Shown here one piece after another: positions 1 to 6,198 of a stretch of 64,000 nt of DNA (position 1 is the stretch's first letter; each line of letters begins with the position of its first letter). A model generated the notes under the pieces. The model made no database searches and was not told the origin of the DNA. It was given only the letters and a program-made list of their open reading frames with translations. A program made the position numbers and the translations under genes. Source of the stretch: a virus; IMG/VR virus record IMGVR_UViG_3300043427_002369, positions 1 through 64,000 of that record; one strand, 5' to 3'.

Positions 1-100
1 CTTAAGTGATCAATCGAATATTACGAGGAAGAATATAACTAACTCATTTCTTGAAAAGATGTCAAGAATATGAGGGTTTTTTGGCGTCTGGGTATAATAA

Positions 101-160
101 TGTGCCAGTTGAGGAAGTGGCACAAGACCCCTTGATTAATCCTCAGATCCCTGATATTCT
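101..160 (+). promoter_or_regulatory. Early promoter cassette 1: 24-bp palindrome (101-124) + -35 TTGATT (132-137) + -10 TATTCT (155-160)
   Basis: TGTGCCAGTTgaggAAGTGGCACA; 17-bp -35/-10 spacer; the same architecture recurs 11 times in 1-6260. Confidence 0.8.
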
Positions 161-186
161 ACATTCGTTCCTGAGAAATTCGCCAG

Positions 187-399
187 TTGAAGATCATCTG
201 CACTCGTCAGAACAAAGACAAAACCTACGACGAGGTTGGTATGAACAATCGTTACCTGACTTCGAAGTATACCACCACCAATGGTTTCCTGCGCCACGGT
301 ATTCGAACCGAATATTATGGCAACAACATTCGCCTCGAAGTTTGGTTCGGTGATAACATCTACCGTGACCCTGATAAAGTACTCTATGTGACGGTTTGA
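187..399 (+). CDS. Hypothetical early protein (70 aa, TTG start)
   Basis: ORF directly downstream of cassette 1; its stop TGA (397-399) lies inside palindrome 2. Confidence 0.6.
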   Translation: MKIICTRQNKDKTYDEVGMNNRYLTSKYTTTNGFLRHGIRTEYYGNNIRLEVWFGDNIYRDPDKVLYVTV

Positions 400-446
400 G
401 AAGTGGCACAAGGGGGGTTGCGTTCCCCCCAGTTTCCTGATATTCT
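387..446 (+). promoter_or_regulatory. Early promoter cassette 2: palindrome 387-410, -35 TTGCGT 418-423, -10 TATTCT 441-446
   Basis: TGTGACGGTTtgagAAGTGGCACA; -35 flanked by G6/C6 inverted runs; 17-bp spacer. Confidence 0.8.
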
Positions 447-468
447 ACATTTGTTCCTGAGAAATTCA

Positions 469-672
469 ATGATTTTCCTCACTTCCACCAATCACGGTTG
501 TGTTTATACTCTTTCTCAAGAAGATGGGGATGAGTTGTATTATGCTCCCATCTATGCCAACGGTAACATTAATCTAGAAGAATTTGCTCCTGTTGATATG
601 GATTCCGTGGATATGGATGATATGGAAATCTTTGATATCAGGAACCGCCTTAAAGCAATGAGTGAGGTGTGA
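469..672 (+). CDS. Hypothetical acidic early protein (67 aa)
   Basis: In frame with track ORF 403..672; ATG 469 is the first start downstream of promoter 2; stop lies within palindrome 3. Confidence 0.65.
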   Translation: MIFLTSTNHGCVYTLSQEDGDELYYAPIYANGNINLEEFAPVDMDSVDMDDMEIFDIRNRLKAMSEV

Positions 673-726
673 CAGTAGACTAACTGGCACAAGGGGGTTG
701 ACAAGGACCCCAATCCATCCTAAGAT
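668..726 (+). promoter_or_regulatory. Early promoter cassette 3: palindrome 668-691, -35 TTGACA 698-703, -10 TAAGAT 721-726
   Basis: TGTGACAGTAgactAACTGGCACA; consensus -35; 17-bp spacer. Confidence 0.85.
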
Positions 727-750
727 AACTTCGTTACCAAAAAACACCAA

Positions 751-1179
751 ATGTCCGTGACCTTGACTGCCAACTACAAAGAAATCTTCGCTGCTCAGAC
801 TGTAGAGAAGATCGATGAGTTGCTGGAAGACAACTATGCTCTGGAAGATATTCTGGAGTTCGTTGATGCTTACTCTGAAGAGGATTTCGTATCCTACTAT
901 GAAGAGTATTGCCGTTGCGGTGAAGCAATTGGTTACGATGCAGTTGATGCCTTGATCAAAGAGATGGGTCTTGATTGTATCGAAGATTGCGATGAGCGTT
1001 ATCGTGGTGAATACGAAAGCACCGCAGATTTCGCTGAACAGTTCACTTATGAAGTGTACGGTGATGTTCCCTCTCACGTTGTAGTTGATTGGGAAGCAAC
1101 CTACGATAACAACCTTCGTTATGACTTCACTGCCTGCGAAGATGGTTATCGCACTGTTTATATCTTCAGCGATAACTGA
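751..1179 (+). CDS. ArdA-like antirestriction (DNA-mimic) protein
   Basis: Very acidic 142 aa; the C-terminal YRGEYESTADFAEQF...VPSHVVVDWEATYDNNL matches the ArdA C-terminal pattern (Y.G.Y.S..DFA.E......P......D.EA....L). Confidence 0.6.
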   Translation: MSVTLTANYKEIFAAQTVEKIDELLEDNYALEDILEFVDAYSEEDFVSYYEEYCRCGEAIGYDAVDALIKEMGLDCIEDCDERYRGEYESTADFAEQFTYEVYGDVPSHVVVDWEATYDNNLRYDFTACEDGYRTVYIFSDN

Positions 1180-1186
1180 AGAGTTT

Positions 1187-1210
1187 GATACCCCTTCGGG
1201 GGTATCTTTA
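1187..1210 (+). terminator. GC-rich hairpin with cUUCGg tetraloop just upstream of the tRNA (weak terminator or processing hairpin)
   Basis: GATACCCC-TTCG-GGGGTATC followed by a short TTT. Confidence 0.55.
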
Positions 1211-1211
1211 A

Positions 1212-1295
1212 GGGAGCGTGGTGGAATCGGTAGACACACCAGACTTAAAATCTGTTGGGCTTTTGCCCGTGGGAGTTCAAGTCTCCCCGCTCCTA
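1212..1295 (+). tRNA. trnL-UAA: tRNA-Leu (anticodon TAA), intron-less, CCA not encoded
   Basis: Acceptor stem GGGAGCG/CGCTCCT + discriminator A; D arm GTGGAATCGGTAGACAC; anticodon loop CT-TAA-AA; long variable arm GGGC-TTTT-GCCC; T loop GTTCAAG. Confidence 0.95.
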
Positions 1296-1371
1296 TTGGG
1301 TGATTTGAGAACATCATCACCCGCGTATGAAAGATGATAATATTCATAAAATAGTTGGTAGATGGGTGTAT

Positions 1372-1401
1372 AGAGCAGGAGTGGTGTCCTGCTCTTTTTT
1401 T
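1372..1401 (+). terminator. Rho-independent terminator
   Basis: AGAGCAGGA-gtggtg-TCCTGCTCT followed by a T run. Confidence 0.85.
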
Positions 1402-1412
1402 ATAAGAACTCA

Positions 1413-1472
1413 TGTGCCAATCCAGGAAGTGTCACACACCCCCTTGCGTTCCCCCTGGCATCGTGCCATACT
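1413..1472 (+). promoter_or_regulatory. Early promoter cassette 4: palindrome 1413-1436, -35 TTGCGT 1444-1449, -10 CATACT 1467-1472
   Basis: TGTGCCAATCcaggAAGTGTCACA; 17-bp spacer; TG extended -10. Confidence 0.8.
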
Positions 1473-1545
1473 AGTCTTGTGATCAGGAAATGCTCTACAT
1501 TCTTCCTGATGACAACAACCCATTACCCTTTTGGAGGATTTTCAA

Positions 1546-1929
1546 ATGTCTTTCGCTCTGAATTCCACTCTGACTGCTATTGAAACTGCTGTTGAATTTG
1601 GTGAAACTGCAATGCAAATTGGTTCTAAGATCTACATGTTCGGTTCCGAAATCTTCAGCATCACTGCTATTCTGTGGGTTCTGAACTTTGCTGCCAACAT
1701 GATTCAAAAGACCTACAATGCTGGTTACATTGTTGGCACATTCTACCGCTACCATCTTCACGCTACTGTGAAAGAATGGACTCTTAAGTTCATTGCTGGC
1801 GTGATCTTTGTGAGCATTCTGTTCTTCGAAGGTTGCAAAGTTGTTTATAACAACCGCCACAAATACGTGCCTGCTCTGAACAACTTCCGCAATCAAATTG
1901 GTTCTCATTTCGTTTATGCTGGTGTGTGA
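1546..1929 (+). CDS. Hypothetical membrane protein (two hydrophobic segments)
   Basis: Track ORF 1531..1929; ATG 1546 follows GGAGG (1533-1537). Confidence 0.7.
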   Translation: MSFALNSTLTAIETAVEFGETAMQIGSKIYMFGSEIFSITAILWVLNFAANMIQKTYNAGYIVGTFYRYHLHATVKEWTLKFIAGVIFVSILFFEGCKVVYNNRHKYVPALNNFRNQIGSHFVYAGV

Positions 1930-1943
1930 ATGAAACAGACTTT

Positions 1944-1971
1944 AAGGGGGGTGAATATGCTCCCCTTTTTT
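1944..1971 (+). terminator. Rho-independent terminator
   Basis: AAGGGGGG-tgaatatg-CTCCCCTT + T run. Confidence 0.75.
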
Positions 1972-1991
1972 ATGCCCAAATCAGCCGCCCG

Positions 1992-2051
1992 TGTGCCAGT
2001 TGAGGCAGTGGCACACGACCGCTTGAGTTTCCCGCCATTTGCTGCCATACT
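1992..2051 (+). promoter_or_regulatory. Early promoter cassette 5: palindrome 1992-2015, -35 TTGAGT 2023-2028, -10 CATACT 2046-2051
   Basis: TGTGCCAGTTgaggCAGTGGCACA; predicted +1 coincides with ATG 2058. Confidence 0.8.
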
Positions 2052-2057
2052 AATGGA

Positions 2058-2963
2058 ATGAAAAACACCCACCTCGAACACCCCGAAGATTCTATTCTGA
2101 ATGGTGACCTTTCTGTGTTGGATTGGTTCACTGCTGCAGGAACTCTCAGCGTTAAGATTGATGGTGCTCCTGCAATTGTGTGGGGGATTGACCCTGCTAA
2201 CGGTGAGTTCTTTGTAGGAACCAAAGCAGTTTTCAACAAAAAGAAAATCCGTATTGCTCACAATCATGAAGAAATTGACCTCTTCTATCAAGGTGAAGTT
2301 GCGACTATTCTTCACGCTTGCTTTGATTGTCTACCTCGCACCGATGCTATCGTTCAAGGCGACTTTATTGGTTTTGGCGGCAGTGATACTTTTCGCCCCA
2401 ACACGATCACTTACGTCTTTCCTGAAAGCGTAGATCAGAAAGTTATCATTGCTCCGCACACTGTGTATGAAGCAAACGACGATCTTCGTGATAGTTGGGC
2501 ACTGCCTCTGATGCTCAATCTGCAGAGCACCGATGACTGCTTGTTCATCAAACCTCAAGCATACATTCAGTATGGTCAAACGTCCTTTGCTGATGTAGAA
2601 GAGATCTGCCAGTTTGCCCGCCAGATGGCAACTGCTGTGACCTTTGTTTCTGACAAGGAAGCAGCAAAGATTAAGCAACAACTCAATGCCCGTATTCGTG
2701 CTGGCGAACAGATTAGCACGGAGAGCGTAAATGAGTTTGATTGTGACCCTAACCTCATCCGTTTGTGGGCACTGGTGAAGAGCATCAAAGACGATTGTTT
2801 GTTCCTTTGCCGCAATGATGGTCCTGCTGCTTATTTGAACTGTGAGCGTATTGATGCTGAAGGATACGTTCTCTCCAATGAGTTCGGTATGTTCAAACTG
2901 GTCAATCGTGAGTGCTTTTCCTATCACAATTTCAACAGCGGGCGCTTTCAGTGTGCCGCCTGA
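2058..2963 (+). CDS. Ligase-like nucleotidyltransferase (DUF6267-type T4-like phage protein)
   Basis: N-terminal KNTHLEHPED; ordered motifs resembling the ATP-dependent ligase/capping superfamily: SVKIDG (I), VQGDFI (III), EGYVL (IV), FKLVN (V). Confidence 0.65.
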   Translation: MKNTHLEHPEDSILNGDLSVLDWFTAAGTLSVKIDGAPAIVWGIDPANGEFFVGTKAVFNKKKIRIAHNHEEIDLFYQGEVATILHACFDCLPRTDAIVQGDFIGFGGSDTFRPNTITYVFPESVDQKVIIAPHTVYEANDDLRDSWALPLMLNLQSTDDCLFIKPQAYIQYGQTSFADVEEICQFARQMATAVTFVSDKEAAKIKQQLNARIRAGEQISTESVNEFDCDPNLIRLWALVKSIKDDCLFLCRNDGPAAYLNCERIDAEGYVLSNEFGMFKLVNRECFSYHNFNSGRFQCAA

Positions 2964-3011
2964 GGGAGTGGCACAAGACCCCTTGTAATGCCCCTCATTT
3001 GCTGCAATACT
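2952..3011 (+). promoter_or_regulatory. Early promoter cassette 6: palindrome 2952-2975, -35 TTGTAA 2983-2988, -10 AATACT 3006-3011
   Basis: TGTGCCGCCTgaggGAGTGGCACA, containing the upstream gene's stop codon. Confidence 0.75.
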
Positions 3012-3036
3012 ACGTACAGATCAGACAACACCACTG

Positions 3037-3615
3037 ATGACTGCCTACCTGGAAACCAACCTTCTGCCCCTCATTCTTGACATCAAAACCCCCAAGACTG
3101 AGAGTTATATTTTGATCGCTGCTGGTCTTGGTGATAAAACTTCCCAGAGCAGTGTGTTGATTCAAGTTGGAAACAAACTGGAAGAATTCTGGAATCTTGT
3201 GATCAGTGAGTGTGCAACAAATCTGATCGAAACTAACAACAAAATCAAAGTCAAGAATTCAAATCGTCAACTAGATCACCTGTTCGAAGGTATGTCAAAC
3301 ACTCATCTTTTCTATCTGGAAAGTAAGTGTAACCTGAACTTTGATACTGAAAAGAAACCTGCCTCAAATGATAAGGTGAAGCAAGTTACCGAAGCAATCA
3401 CTGAAAAGTATAACAAACCTGTGGAAACTGGTTACTTCGTGCCCTGCATTCGCTCCATTCCTGCTGATGTTCAGAAAAAGTACCCGAATGTCAACATCTA
3501 TGGTGTGGAGTGGTTGATGCAAACTATCAACTGCAATCTATTCACCGTTGACGAATTCTTCACCTTTTTTGAGGAAGTTATCGGTCCAATTCTGGAGGAG
3601 AAAATCTACGGATGA
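3037..3615 (+). CDS. Putative PD-(D/E)XK restriction-endonuclease-like nuclease
   Basis: GNKLEEFW helix, QLDHLF, and YLESK (D...ExK spacing). Confidence 0.5.
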   Translation: MTAYLETNLLPLILDIKTPKTESYILIAAGLGDKTSQSSVLIQVGNKLEEFWNLVISECATNLIETNNKIKVKNSNRQLDHLFEGMSNTHLFYLESKCNLNFDTEKKPASNDKVKQVTEAITEKYNKPVETGYFVPCIRSIPADVQKKYPNVNIYGVEWLMQTINCNLFTVDEFFTFFEEVIGPILEEKIYG

Positions 3616-3624
3616 GATTTCCCT

Positions 3625-3684
3625 TGTGCCAGTTCCCTAAGTGGCACAAGACCCCTTGAGGTTCCCCCCAAGACCTGCCATACT
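3625..3684 (+). promoter_or_regulatory. Early promoter cassette 7: palindrome 3625-3648, -35 TTGAGG 3656-3661, -10 CATACT 3679-3684
   Basis: TGTGCCAGTTccctAAGTGGCACA; 17-bp spacer. Confidence 0.8.
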
Positions 3685-3710
3685 AAGGACATCAAACGGA
3701 AACGGAGCAA

Positions 3711-3899
3711 ATGAACAAAGTTTATGCTGTGATCGGTGGTTGGGATTATGAAGGTGAAGACTTCAAATCCCTTCGCTTGTTTGACTGCTTCTCCACTGCA
3801 GATGCTTACCTGAAGCAACTGGAAGAAAAAGAGGGTTACGACTACTCTATGATGGATGTTCGGGAAGTTGTGATGGAATCTGCCCTCGCTGTTGCCTGA
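3711..3899 (+). CDS. Hypothetical early protein (62 aa)
   Basis: Track ORF; GGAG upstream; follows promoter 7. Confidence 0.7.
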   Translation: MNKVYAVIGGWDYEGEDFKSLRLFDCFSTADAYLKQLEEKEGYDYSMMDVREVVMESALAVA

Positions 3900-3925
3900 C
3901 CTTTACCCCTTTATCTTTTTTCAAA

Positions 3926-4087
3926 ATGCGCTTAGATGTTCGTTGTGATGCTGCCCCTTGGGAGAACACTACCTGTGACGCTGATAAAGCATACGATCTA
4001 GCATACAATCTTGCTGAAGAGTATCAACGACCTGTAGACCTCTATTACAACTCTACGGGCACTCTTTACACTCAAGTGTTTCCTTAG
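3926..4087 (+). CDS. Hypothetical early protein (53 aa, MRLDVRCDAAPWENTT...), not in ORF track
   Basis: Read by hand; ATG 3926 to TAG 4085-4087; codon style as in its neighbours. Confidence 0.6.
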   Translation: MRLDVRCDAAPWENTTCDADKAYDLAYNLAEEYQRPVDLYYNSTGTLYTQVFP

Positions 4088-4119
4088 AGACTACACTTTA
4101 TCTTATCTCTGACAAACCT

Positions 4120-4149
4120 ATTCTACTCACATTCTGGAGGATGTGTCAA
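4120..4149 (-). promoter_or_regulatory. Antisense sigma70-like promoter (TTGACA-18-TAGAAT)
   Basis: Reverse complement of ATTCTA (4120-4125) ... TGTCAA (4144-4149). Confidence 0.45.
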
Positions 4150-4275
4150 GTGACCAACGAAACTGCTGATCTGTTCATTGAACATGAAGAGCAAAACAAT
4201 GTGGATATGGAGCTAGAACGAATGGCAGCAGAATTGGAGATTACTGTTGACTATTTGATGGCAGAATTCCTCTGA
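4150..4275 (+). CDS. Hypothetical acidic peptide (41 aa, ends ...ELERMAAELEITVDYLMAEFL)
   Basis: Read by hand; GGAGG at 4136-4140; GTG 4150 (alternative ATG 4141). Confidence 0.6.
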   Translation: MTNETADLFIEHEEQNNVDMELERMAAELEITVDYLMAEFL

Positions 4276-4344
4276 AAAGTGTTGTCTGGTGCTCTGACAC
4301 TTTGAGCACCTTAGACACACCTTCCGGGCGATCCTACGGGGGTC

Positions 4345-4403
4345 TGTGCCACTCTATAAAGCGCACACTAAATCCCCTGCTGCCCTTCATTCCGTGCCAT
4401 ACT
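4345..4403 (+). promoter_or_regulatory. Early promoter cassette 8 (degenerate palindrome 4345-4367; -10 CATACT 4398-4403; no TTG -35)
   Basis: TGTGCCACTCtataAAGCGCACA; 30-bp gap to the -10 is preserved. Confidence 0.65.
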
Positions 4404-4424
4404 AACTTTGTTCTGAAAAACGCA

Positions 4425-4562
4425 ATGGATTTCGACACTATCGACACCGACATCTGGACTGAAATTCAGGATGCTCCTGGTGAAATCTTTGACATTCCAG
4501 AGATGTCTGATGCCAAAGACTTCGATCTGAATGGTTACTTCAACTCCAACTACGACTACTGA
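4425..4562 (+). CDS. Hypothetical highly acidic peptide (45 aa)
   Basis: 3' part of track ORF 4302..4562; ATG 4425 is downstream of promoter 8. Confidence 0.6.
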   Translation: MDFDTIDTDIWTEIQDAPGEIFDIPEMSDAKDFDLNGYFNSNYDY

Positions 4563-4564
4563 TC

Positions 4565-4687
4565 ATGATTGAAACTCTTCTTGCTGTTGCTCTAGTTGTG
4601 GGTCAGATTGAGATTGCTCCTGGTATCATCCAAACTGAATACCTTGTGAATGACATTGTGATCACCGAAGTTGAGGACCGTAACTGA
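4565..4687 (+). CDS. Hypothetical peptide (40 aa) with hydrophobic N-terminus
   Basis: Read by hand; starts 2 nt after the previous stop; TGATG coupling to the next ORF. Confidence 0.5.
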   Translation: MIETLLAVALVVGQIEIAPGIIQTEYLVNDIVITEVEDRN

Positions 4688-4866
4688 TGCTTGCTTCCAT
4701 TGTGGTTCGTCATCACTTTCACAAAATGTTGGGCACTGTGACACCTGATACATACAACTTTAGCGGCGATGGTGTCACTCTGCTGGGTCTAGTTGGAGTC
4801 ATCTCCACCTTCATTATCATCGTAACAGCATTCCGCCGCTACTACGGTTCGCCTATTCGCAAATGA
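4687..4866 (+). CDS. Hypothetical small membrane protein (up to 59 aa)
   Basis: Read by hand; hydrophobic segment GVTLLGLVGVISTFIIIVTAF; ATGA coupling to 4863. Confidence 0.55.
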   Translation: MLASIVVRHHFHKMLGTVTPDTYNFSGDGVTLLGLVGVISTFIIIVTAFRRYYGSPIRK

Positions 4867-5075
4867 AATCCTTCATTCTAGGAGTTATATTTGGTGGCGC
4901 AATGTCATCTGTTGGGTTTAGTTCTATTGCTCCAATCCTGGACAATGGAATGAGAACAATTCAGCAAACTTCCATCAATGTGGTTCGCAATCAACAGGGC
5001 AACATTACGCCCCAGATATACCCAGATCCCCTGCCTTTGCCCAGTTCTCAAAGTGGCACACAGATTCGCTACTGA
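4863..5075 (+). CDS. Hypothetical protein with N-terminal signal/TM segment (70 aa)
   Basis: Track ORF; MKSFILGVIFGG N-terminus. Confidence 0.6.
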   Translation: MKSFILGVIFGGAMSSVGFSSIAPILDNGMRTIQQTSINVVRNQQGNITPQIYPDPLPLPSSQSGTQIRY

Positions 5076-5095
5076 TCCCCCTGATGCCCTACACT
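5037..5095 (+). promoter_or_regulatory. Early promoter cassette 9 (palindrome 5037-5060; -10 TACACT 5090-5095)
   Basis: TTGCCCAGTTctcaAAGTGGCACA; 29-bp gap; no TTG -35. Confidence 0.65.
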
Positions 5096-5264
5096 GATTA
5101 CATCAGGGGTTGAGAGACACCTGAGTTCCTTGATTTCACCGCTTGAAAACTAGAACAACTTCACTCCTGTTTGTCATCTACTTTCTGATCTTTGGTCATG
5201 GAGGTATCATGAAGAAAGCAAAATTGAATCTAATCGAACTCCCCCAAATTCACGCCTGATTGAC

Positions 5265-5423
5265 ATGATTACGACTTCTTTTGCTTACGGTGAATCCTAC
5301 GGTGTGAAGGATCATTATGGTTTCGATGAGCGGGATCATGATGACTTCTACACTGCCGAAGATTATGATCAACGGGCAGCAGAGCGGGACGGTTGGAGAA
5401 GTGTCACATGGGATGGGCGCTGA
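5265..5423 (+). CDS. Hypothetical acidic peptide (52 aa), not in ORF track
   Basis: Read by hand (MITTSFAYGESYGVKDHYGFDERDHDDFY...); its 3' end encodes palindrome 10. Confidence 0.55.
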   Translation: MITTSFAYGESYGVKDHYGFDERDHDDFYTAEDYDQRAAERDGWRSVTWDGR

Positions 5424-5444
5424 CCCCCTCCGACCCCTTATAAT
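5385..5444 (+). promoter_or_regulatory. Early promoter cassette 10 (palindrome 5385-5408; -10 TATAAT 5439-5444)
   Basis: CGGGACGGTTggagAAGTGTCACA; 30-bp gap. Confidence 0.65.
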
Positions 5445-5470
5445 TGATTCATACCAAACGAACCGAAACG

Positions 5471-5698
5471 ATGAGCACTCAAACTTTCAACGGATGGGCA
5501 AACTGGGAGACCTGGAATGTTGCCCTCTGGATTGCTAACGATGAGAGCATCTATCACGCTGCCCGCGACTCCCGCAACTACCAGGATTTGGTATCTCAAC
5601 TCTGGGAATGTGGCAGCAAAGAAACCCCAGACGGTTGCCGCTGGGATGACCCTAAGATCGATGGATTGGAAATCAACGCAATGATCTCCGACCTCTGA
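5471..5698 (+). CDS. Conserved small phage protein (NGWANWETWNVALW family)
   Basis: Track ORF 5444..5698, ATG 5471; the NGW.N.ETW...LW motif is common in phage early proteins. Confidence 0.75.
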   Translation: MSTQTFNGWANWETWNVALWIANDESIYHAARDSRNYQDLVSQLWECGSKETPDGCRWDDPKIDGLEINAMISDL

Positions 5699-5702
5699 TT
5701 TG

Positions 5703-5731
5703 GAGTCCTGAGTAAGACTTAAAACTGCTCA
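5703..5731 (+). ncRNA. Candidate compact H-type pseudoknot in the intergenic mRNA
   Basis: S1 GAGTC(5703-07)/GACTT(5716-20); S2 TGAGTA(5709-14)/TGCTCA(5726-31); L1=C, L2=A, L3=AAAAC. Confidence 0.5.
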
Positions 5732-5766
5732 CTTTCACACTTCAAACAACACTTTTCTTTCTGATT

Positions 5767-5934
5767 ATGACCCGCGAAATTGCTATCAACCTGCTTCGCC
5801 AAGGTAACAACGGTGAGCAACTTCTCCAGATCCTTGACACTGTGGTTGAAGATTTCACTTCTCAGAACATCGATGATGCTGCCCAACATTTTGCCGCGAT
5901 TTCGATGCCCACTATGGAACCTGTGGCATTCTGA
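5767..5934 (+). CDS. Hypothetical early protein (55 aa, MTREIAINLLRQGNNGEQLLQILD...)
   Basis: Read by hand; pyrimidine-rich leader as in neighbouring genes. Confidence 0.65.
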   Translation: MTREIAINLLRQGNNGEQLLQILDTVVEDFTSQNIDDAAQHFAAISMPTMEPVAF

Positions 5935-5960
5935 GTCTGATTTCGAATTGTGTCGGGGGC

Positions 5961-5989
5961 GCTCTGGGGTGCCCCTGATGCCCTAGGAT
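5961..5989 (+). promoter_or_regulatory. Probable early promoter lacking the palindrome (-10 TAGGAT 5984-5989)
   Basis: Shares CCCCTGATGCCCTA with the cassette 9 spacer/-10; precedes ATG 6015. Confidence 0.4.
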
Positions 5990-6014
5990 GATCAAACAAC
6001 CAAAGGGAAACCCG

Positions 6015-6185
6015 ATGTTCCGCTCCTACGCTGCCTGCTCTGATCTCCAGAACCGCGCCACCCTGTGGTCTTGCTTTAAGAATGCAGAGCAGCAGTTCTC
6101 CCGCGATGGGCAACCTCAGGTGTTCGATTCGGTGTTCATCGCTGCCTGCTATCGGGATCGCTATTCTGAGGATGTAAAGCGGTGA
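6015..6185 (+). CDS. Hypothetical early protein (56 aa)
   Basis: Track ORF 5988..6185; ATG 6015 is downstream of the -10 at 5984. Confidence 0.6.
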   Translation: MFRSYAACSDLQNRATLWSCFKNAEQQFSRDGQPQVFDSVFIAACYRDRYSEDVKR

Positions 6186-6198
6186 ATCCCGCCCACCC

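Noticed and set aside
36-65. Minus-strand promoter at the window start (TTGACA at 60-65)
   Set aside because: The -10 match at 17-18 bp is poor and the context is truncated
101-124. CRP or NtcA binding site
   Set aside because: Half-site spacing (TGTGC-N14-GCACA) does not fit TGTGA-N6-TCACA or GTA-N8-TAC
1212-1295. Group I intron in tRNA-Leu(UAA), or a prophage att site
   Set aside because: The anticodon loop is contiguous; no integrase or duplicated tRNA 3' end seen
574-2927. Long minus-strand ORFs (574..1413, 1495..1908, 1914..2315, 2331..2927)
   Set aside because: Shadows of + strand genes and the tRNA; no motifs, and no supporting promoters or SD sequences
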